Shown: positions 46,986 through 55,657, counted from the stretch's first letter. The stretch is 64,000 nt of DNA from a virus (IMGVR_UViG_3300027782_000046:49679-113678), one strand, 5' to 3'. Program-made: numbers and translations. The notes: a model not told the origin generated them from the letters alone.

Positions 46986-47717
46986 ATGATAATTCAAAAT
47001 GTTACTTTTATAGACGGAAGCACATTGAGCCCATCTTCGACAGTGCAAGTATCTGCAATAGGATCTATTGCAAGTACAGTAAGTCCCACGTTAAATGGTA
47101 CTACTACAACTAGTAGTAATCCATATTCAGGTATAACTGCAAATAGTTATAATATGAATGGCACAAGTAACTATCTTAGTATACCTGCTAGCTCAAATTG
47201 GGCATTTGGTACTGGAGATTTTACTGTGGAATGGTGGCAATATATGACAAGTCAACCTTCAAATCCTCGAGTATTTGCTGTAGGAAATTATCCTTCCACT
47301 TCTATCGGTGTCAGTATTGAAGGGGGTACTTTTTATGTTTGGGAAGTTAATGGTTATAGATTCAGTTTTTCTCTAACATCTTATTTAAATAATTGGATAC
47401 ATTTTGCAATATCTAGAGTAAATAATGTTACTTCGATATATAGGAATGGTACTAGAATAGGAGCATCTTATTCTGATAACAATAATATTACAAATAGTAC
47501 CACATCTCTCAGTATTGGCCAAGAAAGTACCGCATCATCTAACAGTTACTTCCCGGGATACATAACTAGTTTTAGAATATGTAAGGGACTAGGTGTTTAT
47601 ACTGGCAATTTTACTGTGCCTACAAGCCAATTAGGACAAACTCAAAGCGCAAATCCATACGGTGGCGCCAACACTTCAGTGATCACAAACCAATGTGTTC
47701 TATTATTAAACCCTTAG
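46986..47717 (+). CDS. LamG domain protein
   Basis: FGTGDFTVEWW, WIHFAISR, YRNG, GYITSFRICKG..VYTGNFTVP. Confidence 0.8.
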   Translation: MIIQNVTFIDGSTLSPSSTVQVSAIGSIASTVSPTLNGTTTTSSNPYSGITANSYNMNGTSNYLSIPASSNWAFGTGDFTVEWWQYMTSQPSNPRVFAVGNYPSTSIGVSIEGGTFYVWEVNGYRFSFSLTSYLNNWIHFAISRVNNVTSIYRNGTRIGASYSDNNNITNSTTSLSIGQESTASSNSYFPGYITSFRICKGLGVYTGNFTVPTSQLGQTQSANPYGGANTSVITNQCVLLLNP

Positions 47718-47726
47718 GATTTTATT

Positions 47727-48041
47727 ATGGATTTTTTTGAAATACTATTAGCAATTGCATTTTTCTTTTTGATAGTAAATTACATATCAACCACACGCAG
47801 AAGAGTGATGTTCATGTATAAAATGCATGAAGCTATGGAACAGACCAGGGAACAGATTAGATTATGCTCTATAGAAAAGCACGGAGACATACTCTATCTA
47901 TGGTCAAAAGATGGAAATACCTTTATTACTCAAGGCAAAACATTGGATGAGATCAGAGCAAATTGTCTAACGTATTTTCCGGAAGACAAATTTATTATTG
48001 AAGATTCCCAAAACTTACTTGAACCCACACCATCAGTGTAG
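47727..48041 (+). CDS. Hypothetical membrane-anchored protein
   Basis: N-terminal TM helix; FITQGKT motif. Confidence 0.55.
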   Translation: MDFFEILLAIAFFFLIVNYISTTRRRVMFMYKMHEAMEQTREQIRLCSIEKHGDILYLWSKDGNTFITQGKTLDEIRANCLTYFPEDKFIIEDSQNLLEPTPSV

Positions 48042-48089
48042 ATACAAAGCATACTACCATAAAAGGGAATATTGTTTTTAATTTTTTAA

Positions 48090-48605
48090 TCATTTGAATA
48101 TCTTTGGTTCTTTACAACCAATTACCTTATCTAGAATATCAATAGTATCCATGATATAACCCTTGTGCATGATGGCAATACCGTTGCCCTTTTCATGCCA
48201 ATCGACAATGTTTGAATACTTGTCGTCAATTAAGATATCTCCCGGGCGGCACCATTTCCATTTATCAGTACTGAATGGCCCAAAGTTTACCACAAACCCT
48301 GGGAAGTATTTAGCAACCCATTCCTTTTTATCTTCCATAGCATATGGAACAGTATCTTTTCTTGGGATTGCTGTTAGGAACTCTACATTATACTTCGGAG
48401 TGATACCTTTACAGTATCCAACCAAAGTAGTAGCACCTTCCATTAAAGGAAGATTGTAGTATAGTCTATACTCGGCGGCAATAAGTTTCCATTCTTCGGG
48501 CGATATACTTCTATCAGTCCAAAGGACCGTCCTGCCTAGTATCTTACTAACGTGTTCACTGAAGCCTGCTACGACTTCGTCTAAATCAATATAAATTGTG
48601 TTCAT
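48090..48605 (-). CDS. HAD-family 5'(3')-deoxyribonucleotidase-like protein
   Basis: IYIDLDEVVAGF, FLTA.P, K..W, ILIDD...N...W...G. Confidence 0.8.
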   Translation of the reverse strand: MNTIYIDLDEVVAGFSEHVSKILGRTVLWTDRSISPEEWKLIAAEYRLYYNLPLMEGATTLVGYCKGITPKYNVEFLTAIPRKDTVPYAMEDKKEWVAKYFPGFVVNFGPFSTDKWKWCRPGDILIDDKYSNIVDWHEKGNGIAIMHKGYIMDTIDILDKVIGCKEPKIFK

Positions 48606-48877
48606 ATAATTTTTCTTAAAATTCTTACTTGTTCATCTGGCATAATACAAACTCGTGCTATAATTTCTGTATATAAAGTAATTGGATTATCTTTTAAATT
48701 AATCTCAATCAAATTATTATCCAACATATAAAGCGCAATTTGGTTTGCAATATTTTGTTTTATAAATCCTTTTAAATCTGAATCACTATTTGCTCTTGCA
48801 ATTGTGTGAGAAGAAAGTTGTTCTCTGTAAACAACAAGTTTACCCCCGACTGGAATGTCTACTGTTTTTATATTCAT
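48602..48877 (-). CDS. Hypothetical protein
   Basis: ORF in the minus-strand operon. Confidence 0.5.
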   Translation of the reverse strand: MNIKTVDIPVGGKLVVYREQLSSHTIARANSDSDLKGFIKQNIANQIALYMLDNNLIEINLKDNPITLYTEIIARVCIMPDEQVRILRKII

Positions 48878-48878
48878 A

Positions 48879-49034
48879 TTAATTCAATGGATCATTTGAA
48901 TGATAATACATAAACAATTTTAGATAGTAATCAAATTGCGCAGGATAATGTACGGGAGAAGGTATCTTATCGCCAAACACTTCCTTCATCTTTTTAGCAA
49001 TAAGTTGCAATTGTTCCTCAGTTACATTATCCAT
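48879..49034 (-). CDS. 51-aa hypothetical protein (absent from the ORF track)
   Basis: MDNVTEEQLQLIAKKMKEVFGDKIPSPVHYPAQFDYYLKLF...; fills the operon gap. Confidence 0.55.
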   Translation of the reverse strand: MDNVTEEQLQLIAKKMKEVFGDKIPSPVHYPAQFDYYLKLFMYYHSNDPLN

Positions 49035-49248
49035 GTATTCTCATTATCCTATTATAATTTTTTCTACTCTCTTCTAGATTAAAAGAAGATTCTACATTGG
49101 TTATTTCTTTTAATACGGGGTGCAGTAATTTGGCATTCAATCTTTTAGACATTGTTTCAATAACAACATTCGCATCTTTACCTGCTCTAATTTCTTTTAG
49201 AGCTTTGTCTAATTCTTTAGATTGTACTTGCTCTATCCAGCCACTCAT
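49027..49248 (-). CDS. Stand-alone glutamyl-tRNA reductase dimerisation-domain-like protein
   Basis: ELDKALKEIRAGKDANVVIETMSKRLNAKLLHP resembles the HemA C-terminal EL.KAL..L..G.D...V......L.NKLLH.P pattern. Confidence 0.55.
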   Translation of the reverse strand: MSGWIEQVQSKELDKALKEIRAGKDANVVIETMSKRLNAKLLHPVLKEITNVESSFNLEESRKNYNRIMRIHG

Positions 49249-49448
49249 TTAAAGTAACGGTTAATAGTCAGTAGCTTTGTCTCGCATTGTGCCATTGCTT
49301 CTAATTCTTTATAGAATGCGCCCATAATATCCGCAGAAGCATTGCCTAAAGGATGGCTGATTACAATCTCAGCATTTAGCCGATGACTTTCCAATTCAGC
49401 TTCAAGCCTACGTTTTGTTGTAGCAACAATATCATTTCTAAAATCCAT
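49245..49448 (-). CDS. Hypothetical protein
   Basis: ORF in the operon. Confidence 0.55.
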   Translation of the reverse strand: MDFRNDIVATTKRRLEAELESHRLNAEIVISHPLGNASADIMGAFYKELEAMAQCETKLLTINRYFK

Positions 49449-49455
49449 AGTATTC

Positions 49456-49725
49456 CTAGTATTCTTCTAATCGACGTTTAATGTCTTTGTGTTTAACTAC
49501 GATAATGTTTCTAACGACACCATCGTTTTTGATAGGTAGATCAAGATGTATTGTTACTTCAGGTCCATCATTTTCATTGACAAATCTATCATTGCCTACA
49601 CTACCAATGAAAGGTATCTTGTTATAATAACCGAATACCCTATCACCGATATCATAAGTATGCTTGTAGGCCCTGGCCTCAAAATAATTAGTTTGCCAGC
49701 CCATCTTTAGCTTTCCAAACATCAA
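49456..49725 (-). CDS. Hypothetical protein (start probably 49704)
   Basis: YDIGDRVFG...IPFIGSVGND. Confidence 0.55.
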   Translation of the reverse strand: MMFGKLKMGWQTNYFEARAYKHTYDIGDRVFGYYNKIPFIGSVGNDRFVNENDGPEVTIHLDLPIKNDGVVRNIIVVKHKDIKRRLEEY

Positions 49726-50203
49726 TTGATTCTGTTAATGCTTGCTCGACAAACTCATTGAATGTGATATCCAAAGTATGAGCAGCCTTCATCATAATCA
49801 ATAGTTCGTCATCTGGAATATCAATAGACATCAGTACTCTTGTATCATAATCTAGACCATGGATAATGCCATGTGCTTTTTCAGCAAAGTCTGAGTACAT
49901 ATCCAAATCAATATACTTCACATCATCATATGCAGCATCTTCAATGCCTCGAACTTTACACTCGTCAAAATACAAATCTTTAAATGTTTCGTTAAAGATA
50001 CGATATGAACGATTGTTGATAAAGTCATGCGCTTCCATGACAAATACGGTTTGATCTTTAGTATCATAGATCACAGATACATCATATTTGTCTAGCACGC
50101 TGCTAGTTAGAGTATATGCATTGTCGCCGAAGCAACGCCACATATATTTGGAACCTTCTCCAATTTTATATTCAACCAATTCAAAATAATCTTGTAGTGT
50201 CAT
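49688..50203 (-). CDS. Conserved phage hypothetical protein with a C-terminal ribbon-helix-helix-like segment
   Basis: AH..DITFNEFVEQAL at the C-terminus; AGGA RBS. Confidence 0.6.
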   Translation of the reverse strand: MTLQDYFELVEYKIGEGSKYMWRCFGDNAYTLTSSVLDKYDVSVIYDTKDQTVFVMEAHDFINNRSYRIFNETFKDLYFDECKVRGIEDAAYDDVKYIDLDMYSDFAEKAHGIIHGLDYDTRVLMSIDIPDDELLIMMKAAHTLDITFNEFVEQALTESIDVWKAKDGLAN

Positions 50204-50211
50204 AATATATC

Positions 50212-50382
50212 CTATTTGTTGTTTAGCAAATCCTGCATATCTTTAAGCAATGGGCGCATCTCATCCTTCACAGTGGCCTCAACCATTCTTGCGAATAATT
50301 GCACTGCATCATAATCAAATGATGTTCCGTCACACGCTAGTCCAGCTTGTATTGCCATTTCATCAATTTTCTCGTTCGTCAT
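50212..50382 (-). CDS. 56-aa hypothetical protein (absent from the ORF track)
   Basis: MTNEKIDEMAIQAGL...QLFARMVE...; weakly resembles the FAELIV family. Confidence 0.5.
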   Translation of the reverse strand: MTNEKIDEMAIQAGLACDGTSFDYDAVQLFARMVEATVKDEMRPLLKDMQDLLNNK

Positions 50383-50626
50383 CTATTTCCTCATCTATAA
50401 TCTCAGCATCTTCTAACTTAACTATATTAAGGTACCCGGCTGGCTCTCTGCTCATGTAACAATCATCGTACTCCCGTACATAAGGAACTACTTCACCTAC
50501 AAGTTTACTGTACCACATTAAAGAATCCGAGCATTTAAGAATCTTTAATGATCGTTTAATTACTGGTAGTTTGAGAGTAGGGGCTTCCATATCTTCAATC
50601 TGAGTTTTGCGCCAGCCTTGTGCCAT
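50363..50626 (-). CDS. Hypothetical protein
   Basis: ORF in the operon. Confidence 0.55.
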   Translation of the reverse strand: MAQGWRKTQIEDMEAPTLKLPVIKRSLKILKCSDSLMWYSKLVGEVVPYVREYDDCYMSREPAGYLNIVKLEDAEIIDEEIDDEREN

Positions 50627-50630
50627 AATA

Positions 50631-50855
50631 TTAGAAACTTAAAATAGATTTTTTCTGATTAAGCATTGAAACAACTTTGTCAAGTGGTTCAGTTACTTCC
50701 CATGTACCGTGTGGAGGACAGAAGATAAAGGTGCGGAGTTCCGTCACTTCATCTACAGTTACCTCACTAGAGTGAATGGTAGCAATCAAATCTGAATTGA
50801 TTGCGATTTTGTTTCCGCGATGCGCAGCGGTTGCGTTTGTCAAAGTAATATACAT
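50631..50855 (-). CDS. FlbD-like small protein
   Basis: MYITLT...GNKIAINSDLIATI...V.E....V pattern; start moved from 50912. Confidence 0.45.
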   Translation of the reverse strand: MYITLTNATAAHRGNKIAINSDLIATIHSSEVTVDEVTELRTFIFCPPHGTWEVTEPLDKVVSMLNQKKSILSF

Positions 50856-50856
50856 T

Positions 50857-51204
50857 TTATTCCCAAGTTCTATGTGTTTCTGTAATGTGTTCACACCCGT
50901 CGTATTCTTCAATATACCATTCTACGTCATCGGGTATTTCCACAACTTTTAAATCGGCATAAGCTCCGCTGGCCATATGTTTCAACTCCTCGACAACTTG
51001 TACAAGATACTTGTCGTCACGATCAAGATTGCCTTCATAGAAAAAGTGAGCATTATCTACACGACCTTCTTCATAGAAAAAAGATGCCCCATTTTTAGTT
51101 TCAGTCTTAACGAGATTCAACCCAGCAAGCTCACCATACCGAACTACAGCATCATCGGATAACCCGAATCCGCCATAGCATTTATTTATAACGATTTTTT
51201 TCAT
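50857..51204 (-). CDS. Conserved phage hypothetical protein
   Basis: KIVINKCYGGFGLS...RDD..LV.VVEEL...LKVVEIPDDVEW.IEEYDG.E. Confidence 0.7.
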   Translation of the reverse strand: MKKIVINKCYGGFGLSDDAVVRYGELAGLNLVKTETKNGASFFYEEGRVDNAHFFYEGNLDRDDKYLVQVVEELKHMASGAYADLKVVEIPDDVEWYIEEYDGCEHITETHRTWE

Positions 51205-51419
51205 ACTATTTTACCTAACACTTTGTAGATTAATTTATCCAACTCTGTTTGGTAATCGTTGTTACCCATTCGACGCTTCATCCAGATTTGTTCTACAAGA
51301 GAGTTTATACTATTATCACTTGGCAATGAATCTCGAAGTTCCAATTCTTCAATCAATTCTTCAGTATCGAAATCGCTAAGATCAACATCAACTTCTGCAG
51401 TAATAGTTTTATAGCCCAT
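51201..51419 (-). CDS. Hypothetical protein
   Basis: EVDVDLSDFDTEELIEELE.R motif. Confidence 0.6.
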   Translation of the reverse strand: MGYKTITAEVDVDLSDFDTEELIEELELRDSLPSDNSINSLVEQIWMKRRMGNNDYQTELDKLIYKVLGKIV

Positions 51420-51604
51420 TATACAATCTCCTCAACGATTCCAAGAATCTCTGCTAAAATTAGCAACCAACCTGTTAAGACAAACGATCCCATAATAAGA
51501 GCAGCACCTGCTCCAATTCGTATAGCGCTCTTCATAATGCTGACATAAAAATGTCCGCGACTTGTGTCTTTTGGTTGTATTTCAATCTTATCAAAATCAA
51601 TCAT
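51419..51604 (-). CDS. Small membrane protein
   Basis: HFYVSIMKSAIRI...AEILGIVEEIV. Confidence 0.6.
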   Translation of the reverse strand: MIDFDKIEIQPKDTSRGHFYVSIMKSAIRIGAGAALIMGSFVLTGWLLILAEILGIVEEIV

Positions 51605-51786
51605 AGCATTTGCCTATTTAGTTTAGATTCAAGAAATGCAATGCGACGTTCGGTTGCTGCATTAGCTTCATCGTCAAGTTCTCCTCGGATCTCACACAAA
51701 TGAATTAACTCATTCATAATAGATTCGTTAGTTTGGTCTACTTCGCGTAGCTCGATTTGTTTATTCTGTTTCATCATCTGCTCCAA
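51601..51786 (-). CDS. Hypothetical protein
   Basis: ORF in the operon. Confidence 0.5.
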   Translation of the reverse strand: MEQMMKQNKQIELREVDQTNESIMNELIHLCEIRGELDDEANAATERRIAFLESKLNRQML

Positions 51787-52093
51787 TATTAATTGTTACA
51801 CCCTTAACACTATCATATCGAAAGCTGCGCCAAGCATTAGCTTCCAAATCATAAACTGCAAGTGCTTCTTCGCTCACCTTGCGAGTTTTTTCTTTTTTGT
51901 TTTCTTCAATTGCTAGTCCGGGAACCAGCTCAGGATCTAGTGTGCAAAGCATTTTACGCTCTGCTCCATCTTTCTTAATGAACTCTACAGTTGCAGAGCC
52001 TGTCTTCAAGATAGATTTGATCCAAATCTTAAATGCGATATAGTCTTCGTCAGACAATGTCGTTGAGAATGTCTTTTCTAAAGTATCAGTCAC
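51761..52093 (-). CDS. WYL_2 / SH3-like beta-barrel protein of T4-like phages
   Basis: VEF.KKDG.ER.M.CTL...VYDLE...WRSFR.D.V. Confidence 0.75.
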   Translation of the reverse strand: MTDTLEKTFSTTLSDEDYIAFKIWIKSILKTGSATVEFIKKDGAERKMLCTLDPELVPGLAIEENKKEKTRKVSEEALAVYDLEANAWRSFRYDSVKGVTINIGADDETE

Positions 52094-52120
52094 ATGATCT
52101 CCATTAATTAGTTATGCTAT

Positions 52121-52149
52121 ATTGTAGCACACTCTACTCTGCGTGTCAA
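52121..52149 (-). promoter_or_regulatory. Leftward early sigma70-like promoter
   Basis: Minus strand: TTGACA-N17-TACAAT with TGn extension. Confidence 0.75.
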
Positions 52150-52173
52150 GCAATTTTTATCCATTTGATAAAC

Positions 52174-52479
52174 TTATTGCGTATTCAACACTGGCGAATA
52201 CTCAGCAATCAACGCTCGCTCTAAATTATGAGCAGGAGTCTTGCCACGAATAATCGCTAGCTCTTGTGCTAGAAATGACTCGGGTCCAAACTTTCGGATT
52301 GCTTCGCATAGCGCCCAAGAACGATTCTCAGTACGAGCTCGTTGAATGTGCTTCAATATACGAACACGCAGATCTTTCTTTCGAGATCCCTGCGTGATAC
52401 CAATGTAGAAATCACCAGTAACAGAATTCGTAATACTGTATACTATGTGCTTTCGGTCAGAACGTTTCTTTCTCATCAT
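52174..52479 (-). CDS. GIY-YIG nuclease family protein, probably leaderless
   Basis: HIVYSITN..TG.FYIGIT...R...H...L..AIRKFG.E.F...E..LI....P.LN. Start moved to 52479 because the ORF-track extension runs through the promoter. Confidence 0.75.
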   Translation of the reverse strand: MMRKKRSDRKHIVYSITNSVTGDFYIGITQGSRKKDLRVRILKHIQRARTENRSWALCEAIRKFGPESFLAQELAIIRGKTPAHNLERALIAEYSPVLNTQ

Positions 52480-52485
52480 GTCGTT

Positions 52486-52514
52486 ATTATAGCACCTTTT
52501 GTCCATTGTGTCAA
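52486..52514 (-). promoter_or_regulatory. Leftward early promoter of a divergent pair
   Basis: Minus strand: GTGCTTGACA-N17-TATAAT with TGn extension. Confidence 0.85.
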
Positions 52515-52524
52515 GCACTTTTTT

Positions 52525-52590
52525 AGTACCCATATGAGCAAAAGGGTCTTTCAAAAAGTGCTTGACAAGAGCATCGAAAGGTGCTATAAT
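52525..52590 (+). promoter_or_regulatory. Early promoter cassette 1 (inverted repeat plus sigma70 promoter)
   Basis: ACCC-N12-GGGT; TTGACA at 52562, TATAAT at 52585. Confidence 0.85.
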
Positions 52591-52621
52591 AGAGACTTAA
52601 TTAATTAGAAAGGTGCTTTAT

Positions 52622-52915
52622 ATGCAAGTTGTATTCGCTCCAGAAACTAAACAAGATCTTCGAAATCTATTGAACTACATCGACACTCATGCTAGTGCAA
52701 TTGCTAAACGTCGCAAGAACGCTGAGTATTTGAAAGAGGTCAACGTGGTGCGTAGCAAGTTAGCAGCCAGCTTTGCTGAACGAGCTCCAGGCCCTGGTGC
52801 TTGCAGATGGCAAGAAATTGGTGTGCTCAGCATCTGTGATAAGATTGCAGAACAATTTCAAGTGCCAATCTACGATGTAGTTGGCGATGCAAATCCATAT
52901 TTGAAGTTTAACTGA
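52622..52915 (+). CDS. Hypothetical early protein
   Basis: First ORF after the promoter; AAGGTG RBS. Confidence 0.6.
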   Translation: MQVVFAPETKQDLRNLLNYIDTHASAIAKRRKNAEYLKEVNVVRSKLAASFAERAPGPGACRWQEIGVLSICDKIAEQFQVPIYDVVGDANPYLKFN

Positions 52916-52923
52916 AAGAATAT

Positions 52924-53175
52924 ATGCGTAGAAAAGAAATTATCAAAGGCCTAAAGAACTCTACTCGTTTTCGAGTGATGCTTAATGGCATTGGTCTCTA
53001 TATGAGTATCAGTGATACTGAGAAGTGTTTTGCTACAAGTTCGCACAGAGTGGCGACACAAGTTGCGCTGCAGCAATTAGTTAAAGAAAAGACTACTGGT
53101 CTTGGCACCACAGTTAAAGTTTACAACGACAAGTTACAATCCGAATCAATTCAAGTACAGGTAGATTTAATATGA
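52924..53175 (+). CDS. Hypothetical early protein
   Basis: ORF in the operon. Confidence 0.6.
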   Translation: MRRKEIIKGLKNSTRFRVMLNGIGLYMSISDTEKCFATSSHRVATQVALQQLVKEKTTGLGTTVKVYNDKLQSESIQVQVDLI

Positions 53176-53417
53176 CAAATACAGATTACGATCTCGACGA
53201 ATTCGTTAACAATAGCGGAACTAATGTCGATTTTACTAAGTATGAAGACGATGCAAGCACAATTGATATGTTTGAACGACTTCCAGCAATGTTCGCAGCA
53301 AAATTCAAATGGGATACTTTGAATGAATCTGCAGACCCAGTATTGGTATGGGAGCTTGATGGGCGACCCGTAGCATGGTACGATTGCGAAATGTTCGTTG
53401 GATATATAAAAGCATAA
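53172..53417 (+). CDS. Hypothetical early protein
   Basis: ATGA overlap with the upstream gene. Confidence 0.6.
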   Translation: MTNTDYDLDEFVNNSGTNVDFTKYEDDASTIDMFERLPAMFAAKFKWDTLNESADPVLVWELDGRPVAWYDCEMFVGYIKA

Positions 53418-53433
53418 AACGGAAAAACCCACA

Positions 53434-53511
53434 ATTTAAGGGTACTAACCTATTGATTTTATTGTGGAATCTGACACACCAAATCGTAAAAATGCTAAAG
53501 TACCCTTAAAT
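53434..53511. repeat. 13-bp perfect intergenic inverted repeat
   Basis: ATTTAAGGGTACT (53434-53446) and AGTACCCTTAAAT (53499-53511). Confidence 0.8.
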
Positions 53512-53550
53512 AGACGTTTTACTTAACAATATACCTATATACCCTTTTCA

Positions 53551-54399
53551 ATGAAAATAGCACTTGCCAGCGATTTACACTTAGAATTTCAAGACATCAT
53601 ACTCAAAAATACTGAGAATGCCGATGTATTGATTCTAAGTGGTGATATACTTGTCGCAGAAGACCTGCACAATCATCCCGAAGTGCATCCAAACGACCCA
53701 GTTAACATCCCTAACTTGAGCCGTAGACAACTATCGGCACAACGGTTCCGTGACTTTATCAAGCGTTGCAGTTTTCAATTTCCACATGTCGTTGTAATTG
53801 CGGGGAATCACGAATTCTATCATGGTAACTGGAAAGCAAGCATTCAATATTTGCGCGATGAATATAGTAAGTTTCCAAATGTCTATTTTCTAGAACAAGA
53901 GTTAAAGACTATAGATGATGTGACATTTATTGGCGGGACACTCTGGACTGATTGCAATAAAGGCGATCCATTAACACTACACGCATTAGGTGATATGATG
54001 AATGACTTTAGAGTAATTCGCAATGATGAACTTGGATTTACTAAGTTACGTCCTGCTCATACTATGCATCGTCATCGACAAACTATGCAATTCATGAAAG
54101 TGATGCTACCTACATTGACAAACAGCAAAGTTGTTGTGGTTGGACATCATGCACCGAGTCCGTTAAGTATTCACGATAGATATAAGCACAATGTTCATTC
54201 ATTAATGAATGGTGGATACCATAGTGATCTGAGTGATTTTATTTTAGATCATCCGCAGATTAAACTCTGGACCCACGGTCATATGCATGATCCTAGTGAT
54301 TATATGATTGGAGACACTCGGGTGGTTTGCAACCCACGTGGGTATGCCGGTCATGATGAACACGCCGACGTGTTTGAACTGAAATTCCTAGAAATCTGA
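53551..54399 (+). CDS. Calcineurin-like metallophosphoesterase
   Basis: SDLHLE, GDI, GNHE, HHAP, HGHMH, NPRGY. Confidence 0.9.
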   Translation: MKIALASDLHLEFQDIILKNTENADVLILSGDILVAEDLHNHPEVHPNDPVNIPNLSRRQLSAQRFRDFIKRCSFQFPHVVVIAGNHEFYHGNWKASIQYLRDEYSKFPNVYFLEQELKTIDDVTFIGGTLWTDCNKGDPLTLHALGDMMNDFRVIRNDELGFTKLRPAHTMHRHRQTMQFMKVMLPTLTNSKVVVVGHHAPSPLSIHDRYKHNVHSLMNGGYHSDLSDFILDHPQIKLWTHGHMHDPSDYMIGDTRVVCNPRGYAGHDEHADVFELKFLEI

Positions 54400-54400
54400 C

Positions 54401-54466
54401 AGTATCCGACTCTTTTGCTCGGATACTTACTTTTTGCTTGACACGATGACCAAAAGGTGCTATAAT
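54401..54466 (+). promoter_or_regulatory. Early promoter cassette 2
   Basis: AGTATCCGA-N9-TCGGATACT; TTGACA at 54438, TATAAT at 54461. Confidence 0.85.
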
Positions 54467-54493
54467 TGAGGCTTAAACAGTAAGGAACACGAA

Positions 54494-54802
54494 ATGGCAA
54501 AGCTCTTAATTTCTACTCAGATTCACGAAAATTATGGCGCCCATGATTGGGACGGCGAAGGCGAGTGTCCTCAATACTGGAAAGCCAAGGGCGGCAGTGA
54601 TTATGTCGTTAAGAAATTCAAAGGCGATGCTACTATGGCTATCATGGGTCTGCGCTCGCAAATTGAATGCGATGACAATTACTTTCGCGAATCAATTATT
54701 AATTGGAAAATCGTTCCTAACGATTATATGACAGAGTTTGAGAAAGATCAACTTGGTTATATGGGCAAGATTCAGTATGGTCCTAAAGAACTCGTGTGGT
54801 AA
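54494..54802 (+). CDS. Conserved phage hypothetical protein
   Basis: TQ.HENYGAHDWDG.GECPQYWK.KGG; AAGGA RBS. Confidence 0.7.
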   Translation: MAKLLISTQIHENYGAHDWDGEGECPQYWKAKGGSDYVVKKFKGDATMAIMGLRSQIECDDNYFRESIINWKIVPNDYMTEFEKDQLGYMGKIQYGPKELVW

Positions 54803-54812
54803 TATATAATAT

Positions 54813-54983
54813 ATGTCTTATACAGTATTCAAACATTCTAAAGAATTCGGACCTCGTAAAGGCCTAGAAGGACCTTTCCATTATCGCAATGGCAGGGTTC
54901 TGTATTACGATCCTAAAGAAGGAAAGTATTATGATCCTTTGACAGATTTTTACGTTGAATACGACGAGGTAAAGGAACTATAA
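54813..54983 (+). CDS. 56-aa Tyr-rich protein (absent from the ORF track)
   Basis: GLEGPF...GRVLYYDPKEGKYYDPLTDFY. Confidence 0.6.
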   Translation: MSYTVFKHSKEFGPRKGLEGPFHYRNGRVLYYDPKEGKYYDPLTDFYVEYDEVKEL

Positions 54984-55136
54984 ATGTACGTAGTTTGTCG
55001 AGAGTGTGGAGGAACACATGAACCCAATGTCATTAAAACACTTAATGTCGAAGAAGATTTCGAGGGCCGTGATGTATTGGAATTTATTTGCCCAGTCACG
55101 GAAGAACCGACGAAAAGTATTATTCTCGGCAACTAG
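54984..55136 (+). CDS. 50-aa zinc-binding-like protein (absent from the ORF track)
   Basis: AAGGA RBS; MYVVCRECGGTH...NVEEDFEGRDVLEFICP. Confidence 0.6.
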   Translation: MYVVCRECGGTHEPNVIKTLNVEEDFEGRDVLEFICPVTEEPTKSIILGN

Positions 55137-55259
55137 TATAATTTCAGAAGAAAAGATTGCTGCATTTTTTATAATATCATTTATACTATGTGTCATAGTA
55201 AATGTAATAATACTATTTGCTTTAGATTATTTACTAGTAATTAAAGTAATAGGAATAAT

Positions 55260-55385
55260 ATGAAAAGCATTTTAGTAAATGCAGTCAGGGAAATGCTGGA
55301 TCGTCATTGGAGTGTCTATGAGATTGCGGCAAAGCTGAATTTGGATGTTAACCTTGTTCAGCAGATAATTGATCTGTTAACATAG
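55260..55385 (+). CDS. 41-aa helix-turn-helix-like protein (absent from the ORF track)
   Basis: AGGA RBS; SVYEIAAKLNLDVNLVQQII. Confidence 0.55.
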   Translation: MKSILVNAVREMLDRHWSVYEIAAKLNLDVNLVQQIIDLLT

Positions 55386-55399
55386 CAAAGAATTTTATT

Positions 55400-55657
55400 A
55401 TGGAAAAAGAATTGCCAGTAAAAACAAAGCAAGTAGTCCAATATGTTGGAAATGCGACCATTCATCTTTGGCCTTGGACTACTGAAGAGATATATGTCGC
55501 CCGCATACCTTTCGTTTTAAATCATCCAACACTAGGCAAATGCCCCGATGTTAGAACATCTCGAATTGTCAAACAACCAGATGAGTCTGGTCGATTTGAA
55601 ACCCTCAACACAATATATGAAAAAGTAGAAAGTGAAGATAATCATGGAAATGAATGA
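55400..55657 (+). CDS. Conserved phage hypothetical protein
   Basis: HP.LG....VRTS.IV.......FETLNTIY. Confidence 0.65.
   Translation: MEKELPVKTKQVVQYVGNATIHLWPWTTEEIYVARIPFVLNHPTLGKCPDVRTSRIVKQPDESGRFETLNTIYEKVESEDNHGNE

Noticed and set aside
55006-55263. 85-aa ORF in the track
   Set aside because: Its 5' half overlaps the better-supported 54984-55136 ORF, which has an RBS and a Cys motif. Only the hydrophobic 3' part might be a real small gene.
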